DNA of 64,000 bases from an uncultured Candidatus Binatia bacterium (lineage in GTDB: Bacteria > Desulfobacterota > Binatia > UBA9968 > JAJDTQ01), in the NCBI GenBank assembly GCA_965213675.1, contig OZ243916.1, positions 992,001-1,056,000 of the forward strand, in the 5' to 3' direction. The first letter of the stretch is position 1. Every line of letters begins with the position of its first letter. Positions 48,856 to 56,770 of this stretch are shown piece by piece. Under the pieces are notes generated by a model. That model did no database searches, had not been told where the DNA came from, and saw only the letters and a list, made by a program, of their open reading frames with translations. Both the position numbers and the translations under genes were made by a program.

Positions 48856-49742
48856 GACGACTCCGTCCCGCCGCTGCTCCGCGCCCGTTCCACGGCCCGG
48901 CGCAGCACCCGCTGCACGAGGACGCGCACCATCTCCTTGCGATACGCCGCGGTGCCGCGAATATCGTCGATGGGGCGGCTTGCCTCCATGGCGGCGTCAC
49001 CGGCTCGCTGGAGCGACTCGGTCGTGGGCTCCCTGTCCCGCACCGCATCCTCCGCCGAGGGCGCCCGGATGGGTGTGGGCGCCACGGCGCCCAGGGCGAT
49101 GCGCACCGCCGCGATCCGCTGGCGCTCCGGATCCAGGGTAACCCAGGCCGCGGCGCTGGCGATGGCGATGTCCATGGCCGAACGCGGGGTGAAGCGTTCG
49201 AAGGCGTCGCCGCTGTGGGGCGCCGGCTCGGGCACGTCCACCGACAGCAGCAGTCCCGCGCTGCCCAGCACCGAGGCCCCCGGGCCCGCGAAGAAGTCCT
49301 CCACCGGCACGCTCTCCTGCCCGTGGTCGTTGCGAAGGCTCACCCTCGCCCCCAGCGCCATGAGAGGCGGTGCCGTGTCCGCCGACGGCGAGGCGTTGCA
49401 CAGGTTGCCGCCCACGCTGGCGATGTTCCGCAACTGCAACGATCCCACCACCCGGATCGCCTCGCACAGCGAGGGATAGCCGCGGGCCACCGCCGCCGCG
49501 GTTTCCAGGTCGCGCATGGGCGTACACGCGCCGATTCTGAGCCCGCCGCCACGCTCGCAACTCCAGTCGGCAAGTCCGGGGATGCGCTTGAGATTCACCA
49601 ATCCCTGGCACCGCGCCGCGCGCCGGCGCAACTGTATGACGATGTCGGTGCCGCCGGCAAGGGGCCTGCGCGTGCCGCCGCCTTCGCGCAGCAGTTCGCT
49701 CGCTTCGTCGAGGGAGGTCGGCTCGAAATAATCGAAGCGCAT
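48852..49742 (-). CDS. FAD-binding subunit (NdhF/CoxM-like)
   Basis: AGGTD, QLRNIASVGGN, ASPSAD, PIDDIRG; no 4Fe-4S insert. Confidence 0.92.
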   Translation of the reverse strand: MRFDYFEPTSLDEASELLREGGGTRRPLAGGTDIVIQLRRRAARCQGLVNLKRIPGLADWSCERGGGLRIGACTPMRDLETAAAVARGYPSLCEAIRVVGSLQLRNIASVGGNLCNASPSADTAPPLMALGARVSLRNDHGQESVPVEDFFAGPGASVLGSAGLLLSVDVPEPAPHSGDAFERFTPRSAMDIAIASAAAWVTLDPERQRIAAVRIALGAVAPTPIRAPSAEDAVRDREPTTESLQRAGDAAMEASRPIDDIRGTAAYRKEMVRVLVQRVLRRAVERARSSGGTESS

Positions 49743-49745
49743 GGA

Positions 49746-50702
49746 TCACGCCCCCGCCGGCGCGCTCAGCTTGGGGATCACCTCCGAGGCGATGATCTCC
49801 AACTGCTCCGGCTGGTAGCGGTACGGGATCAGAATGATCCGATGGACGCCCGCGTCCACGTGGGCCTGGAGCTGCTCCACACATTGGTCCACGGTGCCAC
49901 GGATGGCGTGCTCGATGGTGGAATCGCTCCACTTGGCGATGTCCCACTCGGTGGAGAGCCAATGCCGCATGGGCGCGTCGGCTTCCTCGCGCGGAGGTCC
50001 CACGTAGATGGCCAACTGGTTGGTGGCCGTGAGCGACGAGGGGTCGCGTCCGGCCTGCTCCGCCGCCGCCAGCACCTTGGCCCAGCTCTTGGCGAAACCT
50101 TCCGGGGTATAGAAATAGGTCAGCCAACCGTCGCCCTTGCGCCCGGCCCGGCGCAGCACGCGGTCGATGTAGCCGCCGATGAGAACGGGCGGATGGGGTT
50201 TCTGCACCGGTTTGGGCAGGAGCACGGCCGAGCGCAGGTTCAACTCGTCCACCTGCTCGGTGACGAAGTCCTCGGTCCACAGCCGCAGCAGCAAGTCGAG
50301 GTTGCGCTCGAAGATGCGGCCGCGATCCTTGAAGGAGATGCCCACGGCGTCGAACTCACGGGCGTACCAGCCGGAAGCGGCCCCGAGGACGAGGCGGCCG
50401 TTGGAGATCTGGTCCAGGGTGCCCAGGACCTTGGCCGCCACCACGGGGTTGCGCAGCGGCAGCACCATCACCCCGGTGCCCAGGCGGACCCGTCGGGTGC
50501 GCACCGCGATGGCCGTGAGGATGGTGAGGGAATCCAGCACCGGGAAGCTCGGGTCCACGCCGAGGAGGATGTGGTCCCAGGCCCACAGCGACTCGAAGCC
50601 CAGTTCCTCCGCGTGTTCCGCGTAGCGGATCAATCCCTCCACGTCCGGGGTCTCACCCGGACCGACAAAGTTGCGAATGGCGACGCCAAACTGTACCGGC
50701 AT
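49746..50702 (-). CDS. LLM-class flavin/F420-dependent oxidoreductase
   Basis: AEELGFESLWAWDH, LPLRNP, LDQISNGR, PKPVQKPHPP. Confidence 0.9.
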   Translation of the reverse strand: MPVQFGVAIRNFVGPGETPDVEGLIRYAEHAEELGFESLWAWDHILLGVDPSFPVLDSLTILTAIAVRTRRVRLGTGVMVLPLRNPVVAAKVLGTLDQISNGRLVLGAASGWYAREFDAVGISFKDRGRIFERNLDLLLRLWTEDFVTEQVDELNLRSAVLLPKPVQKPHPPVLIGGYIDRVLRRAGRKGDGWLTYFYTPEGFAKSWAKVLAAAEQAGRDPSSLTATNQLAIYVGPPREEADAPMRHWLSTEWDIAKWSDSTIEHAIRGTVDQCVEQLQAHVDAGVHRIILIPYRYQPEQLEIIASEVIPKLSAPAGA

Positions 50703-50714
50703 GCGTTTTGACTC

Positions 50715-51476
50715 CTACCCCAGAAAGTTCCTTTCCGGGTCGATGCTGCGAAGGGTCTCCAACTCCTCGGCGCTGGGCGGGTCGGTGACCGGGAGGTCGT
50801 CGGGAACCGGCAGGTCAAAGCCGGTGTTGTCCCGCACCTGCTCGACGGTGACGCCGGGATGCAGGCTCTCCAAGCGCAGGCGCCGGCTCTGCGGATCGAA
50901 CGCCAGGGTGCCCAGGTGGGTGACGATGCGGCTCACCGTGCCAAAGACGAGACCGGCCTTGCGGCGCGAATCGCCGCCGGAAAGAAAACCCGGACTGGTC
51001 ACGAAGTCCACATTGGGCACGAAACGGCGCCGCTCGTGCATGGTCACCACCATCACCCGGCGGCACAGCGAGATGATGTCGTTGGCGCCGCCGCTGCCCG
51101 GCAGGCGCACCTTGGGGCGTTCGTAGCTGCCGATGACGCTGGAGTTCAAGTTGCCGTAGGGGTCTATCTGCGCGCCGCCCACAAAGCCCACGTCCAGGAA
51201 CCCCCGCTGCGCGAACAGGAACGTATCGGTGATGCCCGGCAGCATCTGCGCCTGCGGCGCGGTACGCATCTCGTTGGTGGAGTACGGCAGCCGCCCGGGC
51301 ACCATGCGCGGCCCCATGCTGCCGCCCTCCACCACGATGACGAGCTGCGGCGCGCGCGTCTTCTGCGCCAGCACCGCGGACACCAGGGGCACGCCCACGC
51401 CCGCGAACACGGACGTGACCCCCGCGAGCTGGCGCGCCGCGACCACGGCCAGAAGTTCGGTGTCCGAGTAGCTCAT
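50715..51476 (-). CDS. CoA-transferase beta subunit (glutaconate CoA-transferase GctB-like)
   Basis: FAGVG, catalytic Glu in VEGG, GGAQIDPYGNLN, LPGSGGA. Confidence 0.88.
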   Translation of the reverse strand: MSYSDTELLAVVAARQLAGVTSVFAGVGVPLVSAVLAQKTRAPQLVIVVEGGSMGPRMVPGRLPYSTNEMRTAPQAQMLPGITDTFLFAQRGFLDVGFVGGAQIDPYGNLNSSVIGSYERPKVRLPGSGGANDIISLCRRVMVVTMHERRRFVPNVDFVTSPGFLSGGDSRRKAGLVFGTVSRIVTHLGTLAFDPQSRRLRLESLHPGVTVEQVRDNTGFDLPVPDDLPVTDPPSAEELETLRSIDPERNFLG

Positions 51477-52429
51477 CGCGGCCCCAGCAGCTCCTCGGCG
51501 CAGCGCCGCTGGCGCGCGAGCGCCTCTTCGCCGAAGAGCGCGAGATACTGCTCGTGGCTGGAAACGCCGTGGACGTAGCGTTCCAGGTAGTCGTTGAGGG
51601 CGCCGGTGCCGCGCTGCTTGACGGCGTCGGTATAGGCCTCGAAGTGGGCGAAGTCGGCCTCGTAAAGGCCGTAGCATTCATGCGGAAAGGAACCGTAGGG
51701 CGCCTCCACCACCGCGTCCACCACGAGTCCCGGGATCACCGTGCGGTCGGGCTGGCGGCGGATCTCCTCCTCGTCGATGATCTCCTCGGCGGTGACGATG
51801 ACGGTGGCGGCCGCCTTGGCGATGTCCGTGTCCATGTGCGGATAGCCGTCAATCTGGCAGTTGCCGAAGCGGTCGGCGCGGTGCACATGGAGCAACGCCA
51901 CCTCGGGGAACAGGGCCGGCACGAGGCACAGGGTCTCGCCGGTGAACGGACATTCCATGACCCTGGTGTCGGTCACGCCCATGAGGTCCGAGCCCAGCAT
52001 CGTGAGGGTGGGCAGAAACGGCACCCCCATGGCGCCCGCGCGGTAGCGCAGTCCGAGCCCGAGATGGCTCCACTCCTCGAAACGGATGCGCCCCCCTTCC
52101 ACCTCCTCGCGCAGCTTGAGAGACAGTCCCCAAGGCAGGGCGATGTCGAACCAACTGGTCATGAGCCCGTCCACGGCCCTGGACGCCATGAACAGTTCGC
52201 CCTCGTAGCACATGAGGTTGCGCGACAGGGTGAGGCCGCTCCGGCGTTGGCGCAACACCTCCATGAGCGCCGCCAGCGGGGTGCGCGAGAAGAGACAGCC
52301 GCCGATGGCGATGTGATCGCCGTCGCGCACCTTCCGCACGGCTTCCGTCAGGGTGGTGAGCTTGTCGCCCGTGGACTGGGGCTTGGCTTCAAGCCGCCTG
52401 CGGGCTTCCACGAAATCGGCCGACTTCAT
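51473..52429 (-). CDS. CoA-transferase alpha subunit (GctA-like)
   Basis: AGAMGVPFLP, GSDL, CPFTGE, HVHRADRFGN. Confidence 0.88.
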   Translation of the reverse strand: MKSADFVEARRRLEAKPQSTGDKLTTLTEAVRKVRDGDHIAIGGCLFSRTPLAALMEVLRQRRSGLTLSRNLMCYEGELFMASRAVDGLMTSWFDIALPWGLSLKLREEVEGGRIRFEEWSHLGLGLRYRAGAMGVPFLPTLTMLGSDLMGVTDTRVMECPFTGETLCLVPALFPEVALLHVHRADRFGNCQIDGYPHMDTDIAKAAATVIVTAEEIIDEEEIRRQPDRTVIPGLVVDAVVEAPYGSFPHECYGLYEADFAHFEAYTDAVKQRGTGALNDYLERYVHGVSSHEQYLALFGEEALARQRRCAEELLGPR

Positions 52430-52690
52430 CGGGAGCGCGCGCCTCCTCGCAACCCCGCGGCGAGACCCTCGGGGGTGTGATGATCCGTAGTCTGCGTGGT
52501 GCGCGCTGCCATGCTCACGGCTGCTAACACCTTGCCCGGATTCAGTCAACTCCGCGGGGACTCGAAGGACGCCATCTCGCCCAACGCCCCTTGGTCCGCC
52601 GGTCCTTCCAAGCCGATGTGGCAACAAGAGTCTGTGAAGGGCGATCTACCTCCCGAGCCTCTCCATGCCTCTAACTTTGCAACACCAACT

Positions 52691-53620
52691 CTAACGGCCG
52701 TCCAAAAAGCGGGCGCAAAGCCCTGTGATGGCGTCGACCCGGTCCGGGTGCAGCCGCTGGAGGTCCCGGTCGGCGCGGAACCATGTGAGCTGGCGCTTGG
52801 CCAGACGACGGGTCGCCTGCCGCATGGCCGCGAGCGTATCGTCCTCGCCGATCCGGCCCATGAGACGTTGCACCGCCTGACGGTAGCCGACGCTCTGCAT
52901 GCTGTGAAGGCCCGCGTGATAGCCTTGCTCCAGGAGCGCACGTGTCTCGTCCAAGAGCCCGGCCGCCAGCATCTCCCCGCAGCGCCGGTCGATGCGCCGG
53001 TAGAGTTCCGCCCTCGGCCGCTCCAGGGCCACCCCGAGCACGTCGAAAGGACGGTCGCCGAAACCGTGCGTCCGTTGCCATTCGCTCAATGGCCGTCCCG
53101 TGCTTGCATGGACCTCCAGCGCGCGCACGATGCGTACCCGGTCCCGCGGGTCGATGCGCCGCGCCGCTGCCGGGTCCACGCGTTCGAGCCGTTCGAAGAG
53201 AGGACCGACGCCGTGCTCCGCCGCGGCCCGTTCCAGGCCGGCGCGCAGCACCGCATCCCGGCCCGGCCCCTTGAAGAGCCCTTGCGTCAGCGCCTTCACG
53301 TACAGGCCCGTGCCCCCCGCCACCAGCACGTGGCGCCCGCGCGCGCGTATGTCCGCGATGGCCGCGAGCGCGTGCTCCCGGAACCGCGCCGCGTTGAAGC
53401 CCTCGTCGGGGTCGATCACGTCCACCAGGTGGTGCCGCGCCCGCCGTCGCTGATCCGGCGTGGGCTTGGCCGTGCCGATATCCATGTAGCGGTACACCTG
53501 CATGGAGTCGGCGTTGACGATCTCCGCGTTCAGACGCTCCGCGACCTCCAGGGCCACGTCGGTCTTGCCCACCCCGGTGGGACCGACGATGCACAAGATC
53601 CTGGGTTTGGCGGCGGTCAT
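52691..53620 (-). CDS. miaA: tRNA dimethylallyltransferase
   Basis: GPTGVGKT, DSMQVY, IGTAKP, GGTGLY, KRQLTWF. Confidence 0.97.
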   Translation of the reverse strand: MTAAKPRILCIVGPTGVGKTDVALEVAERLNAEIVNADSMQVYRYMDIGTAKPTPDQRRRARHHLVDVIDPDEGFNAARFREHALAAIADIRARGRHVLVAGGTGLYVKALTQGLFKGPGRDAVLRAGLERAAAEHGVGPLFERLERVDPAAARRIDPRDRVRIVRALEVHASTGRPLSEWQRTHGFGDRPFDVLGVALERPRAELYRRIDRRCGEMLAAGLLDETRALLEQGYHAGLHSMQSVGYRQAVQRLMGRIGEDDTLAAMRQATRRLAKRQLTWFRADRDLQRLHPDRVDAITGLCARFLDGR

Positions 53621-53753
53621 GGGAGCGTTCGAGGGACGATGCGCGATGATTCCTGAACCAGTCCTTGCCCTGTCCCACGATTCATGTTGGAGGGGTCTGG
53701 ACAAGTCCCTTCCGCGCGGACGAGCCCCGGCGGGTCCGGCGGCGCGGCGGGGA

Positions 53754-55682
53754 TCAGGCTCGGCGGAACAGGCGCTCCAACTGACCGCGGCTGAACTGGA
53801 CCATGACCGGGCGGCCGTGGGGACACTGGGTGGCGAACTCGGTCCGGTCGAGCTCGCGCAGCAGCGCCTCCATCTCCTCCTTTTCGAGCGCCCGGTTGGC
53901 GCGGATGACGCTGTGGCACGCGAGGGTCATCAGTCGCTCCTGAAAGCCGCGGTGCAGTTCCGCGGAGTAGCCGGTCTCGGCGAGTTCGCTGACGATGGCG
54001 CGCACCGCGTCGCGGTAGTCGCCTTCGGACAGGAGCGCCGGCACCGCCCTGAGCGAAAACGTGTTGCGGCCGAACGGCTCCAGCGTGAATCCCGCCCGCT
54101 CCAACGTGCCCAGGTGCTCCTCCAGCACCATGGCCTCGGTGACCGGCAACTCCAGGATCTGCGGCATCAGCAGTTCCTGGCGTTCGATGCGGCCCTTTTC
54201 CAGATCCTGGCGCATGCGCTGATAGGCGATGCGTTCATGCGCGGCGTGCTGGTCGATGAGCACCATTCCGGGATCGCCCTGGCACAGGATGTAGCAACCC
54301 AGCACCTGCCCCACCACCGCCAGCGACGCGAAGGCGACTCGTCCCTGCTCAGCCGGTGACGCAGACGCCGGCGCTCCAGACCCAGTCAGCGGAAGCCCGC
54401 GGCGCGGCCCCAGCGGCAGTATCGGTTGGCCCTTGCCCGCGTCGTAGAACGAAGCGGGCTCGTGTATCCCCGCCGACCCCCGCGGGCCGGAACCGGGGGT
54501 GGCGCCAAAGCCGGGGAGTTTTTCGGAACCGGGCGAGAACCCGGGGGCGCAGGCTCCCGCACCGCCGGGGAGAATTCCGGAGCCGCCCGAGTGGTCAGGA
54601 CCCGGCGCGTTCTCCGAGTGGCCGAAATTCCCGGAACCGAACGGCGGGCGCCCGGCATCCGCGAGGTCCGGCGACGGATTGGCCGTCGACGCGCCTTCGG
54701 CCGCGACCCTCAAGCCACCGCGCACGGCTCGCAGAACCGTCTCGTAAAGCTCGGACTGACGCCGGAAGCGCACCTCGGTCTTGGCCGGATGCACGTTCAC
54801 GTCCACGTAGGCGTGGGGTATCTCCAGGTAGAGGATCGTCGCCGGGTAGCGCCCCTTCATGAGAAGCGTGTCATAGGCCTTGAGCATGGCGTGGTTCAAC
54901 AGCCGGTCACGCACGAAACGGCGGTTGACGAAGCTCACCATGTAACGGGAACTGCCGAAAGACTTCGGCGCCTGGCTGGCAAAACCGGTGCATCGCAGAT
55001 GCTCGCCATTGAGCGAGAACGGCGCCAGGTCGCTGCCGGCGTCGCCGAACACCTGCCGCACGCGCTCCTGGAGCCGTTGGGTGGCAACGTAGTCCGCCAA
55101 CCGCTTGCCGCCATGATGCAGGCGGAAGTGCACCGACGGATGCGCCAGCGCCGTGCGGTTGACCATGTCGGTCACGTACTTGATCTCGGTGCGCGGCGAC
55201 TTCATGAACTTGAGTCGCGCCGGCACGTGGAAGAAAAGGTCGCGCACTTCCACGGTGGTGCCCACGGGACAGCCCGCGGCCGCGGGAGCGCCCTTGCGGC
55301 CGTTCTCCACCCGGTAGCGGCAACCGGTCTCCTCGAACGCGGGGCGCGACACCATCTCCACCGCCGCCACCGAGGCGATGCTGGGCAGCGCCTCGCCGCG
55401 AAACCCCATGGTGGCGATGGCCCCGAGATCCGCCTCGCTCTTGATCTTGCTCGTGGAGTGGCGCTCGAAGGCCAGGGGAAGATCCTCGGCGGCCATCCCT
55501 TCGCCGTCGTCGCTGACCCGGATGAGAGAAGTGCCGTTGCCTTCCACGAGCACGGAGATCTCCGTGGCGCCGGCGTCGAGGGCGTTGTCCAGCAGTTCCT
55601 TGACCACGGACGCCGGCCGCTCCACCACCTCGCCGGCGGCAATGCGGTCGATCAGGTTGTCGGGCAACACCGCGATCTTCAT
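53754..55682 (-). CDS. mutL: DNA mismatch repair endonuclease MutL
   Basis: IAAGEVVERP, GFRGEAL, DQHAAHER, CPHGRP. Confidence 0.97.
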   Translation of the reverse strand: MKIAVLPDNLIDRIAAGEVVERPASVVKELLDNALDAGATEISVLVEGNGTSLIRVSDDGEGMAAEDLPLAFERHSTSKIKSEADLGAIATMGFRGEALPSIASVAAVEMVSRPAFEETGCRYRVENGRKGAPAAAGCPVGTTVEVRDLFFHVPARLKFMKSPRTEIKYVTDMVNRTALAHPSVHFRLHHGGKRLADYVATQRLQERVRQVFGDAGSDLAPFSLNGEHLRCTGFASQAPKSFGSSRYMVSFVNRRFVRDRLLNHAMLKAYDTLLMKGRYPATILYLEIPHAYVDVNVHPAKTEVRFRRQSELYETVLRAVRGGLRVAAEGASTANPSPDLADAGRPPFGSGNFGHSENAPGPDHSGGSGILPGGAGACAPGFSPGSEKLPGFGATPGSGPRGSAGIHEPASFYDAGKGQPILPLGPRRGLPLTGSGAPASASPAEQGRVAFASLAVVGQVLGCYILCQGDPGMVLIDQHAAHERIAYQRMRQDLEKGRIERQELLMPQILELPVTEAMVLEEHLGTLERAGFTLEPFGRNTFSLRAVPALLSEGDYRDAVRAIVSELAETGYSAELHRGFQERLMTLACHSVIRANRALEKEEMEALLRELDRTEFATQCPHGRPVMVQFSRGQLERLFRRA

Positions 55683-55725
55683 GAGAGGATTGTGTGACCA
55701 AGTCCGGACCAAGTCAATGCTTCCA

Positions 55726-56613
55726 TCAGCCGCCGTGGCTGAGCACCCACACGCCGCCGACAATGAGCGCGGCGGCCACGCCGTCCCGCGCGGTCACGGC
55801 CTCCAGGGCGCGCAGCGTGAAGCGGGACAGCACGAACGTGATGAGCGGCGAGATGCGCCAGATGGGCGCCACCAGGACCGCGGGGGCCAGCAGCAGCGCC
55901 TGGTAGGTAAAGAGCGAAGCGAGGGCCTCGGTGACCCCTGCGATGGCGAAAAGAACCGCGCTCGCCAGGGGCACCCGCTCCTGCCGCCAAGCCTGGATTC
56001 CCAGCCAGGGACCGGCCGTGAACAGGAGCACCGTGGAGGTCGTGTGATTGATCAGGGTCGCCAGGGCGGGCACGCCCGCGGCCAGCAAACCCCACCTCTT
56101 GAAGATCGGATTGATCCCGAAGGCCAGGGAGGACAGTAGCGGGTACATGAAATACACCAGCCGGTTGGGCGCGCCCTCCCCTTCCAGCGGACTCGCCGAC
56201 AGCAGCAGCACACCGGCCACGATCACCACCACCCCGACGAAGATCTCCCAACCCACCTGCTCGCTCAGGAGCGCCCACCCGAGAAACACCGTGATGAGCG
56301 GCGAGGAGTTCTTCACCGTCACGGCCTTGGACGCGCCGACGCTGTCGATGCCCAAATTCAAGAAGACCTTCCCCAGACAGGCCGCCACGCCCGTCAGCAC
56401 GAAGGACAGCATCGGAGCCTCGTCCAGCCACGCGAACTCCCCGCGCCAGGCCGTCGCCGCCACCAACGTCGCAAGGGACCAGTACTGGGTCACCAGCGTC
56501 GCCATGGTCACGTTCGACCGCGCCATGCCCTTCTTGAGAAGAGCCGGCCCCACGCCCCAGATGATGCCCGCAGCCAGGGCGTAGAGGACGGCTTGGGTGG
56601 GGTTGTCGATCAT
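55726..56613 (-). CDS. DMT/EamA-family transporter
   Basis: About 10 TM segments, two EamA repeats. Confidence 0.8.
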   Translation of the reverse strand: MIDNPTQAVLYALAAGIIWGVGPALLKKGMARSNVTMATLVTQYWSLATLVAATAWRGEFAWLDEAPMLSFVLTGVAACLGKVFLNLGIDSVGASKAVTVKNSSPLITVFLGWALLSEQVGWEIFVGVVVIVAGVLLLSASPLEGEGAPNRLVYFMYPLLSSLAFGINPIFKRWGLLAAGVPALATLINHTTSTVLLFTAGPWLGIQAWRQERVPLASAVLFAIAGVTEALASLFTYQALLLAPAVLVAPIWRISPLITFVLSRFTLRALEAVTARDGVAAALIVGGVWVLSHGG

Positions 56614-56716
56614 GAATCGGGAGGGGTTGCTCGTGTGGCGTGCAGACGGGTCGGATTCGAGGTGTGTCCCGGGCGTGTGGTGGCTTTCAACAGGGGTGTC
56701 TCAGGCGAAGAAGTTC

Positions 56717-56741
56717 GTCCAGGGGGCTCCGCCCCCTGGAC
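56717..56741 (-). other. Perfect 11-bp hairpin with GGA triloop just downstream of the FGE-domain gene (candidate DGR target-recognition stem-loop)
   Basis: Minus strand GTCCAGGGGGC-GGA-GCCCCCTGGAC, starting about 30 nt after the stop codon; preceded by a (CTTTACCT)x2 repeat. Confidence 0.6.
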
Positions 56742-56770
56742 CCCCACAAATGAGGTAAAGAGGTAAAGAT

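Noticed and set aside
48852-49742. 4-hydroxybenzoyl-CoA reductase (suggested by nearby CoA-transferase and UbiD)
   Set aside because: The FAD subunit lacks the Cys-rich 4Fe-4S insertion of HcrB
54340-54700. Insertion or repeat inside mutL
   Set aside because: Gly/Pro-rich stretch corresponds to the normally variable MutL linker; frame intact, no clear repeat unit
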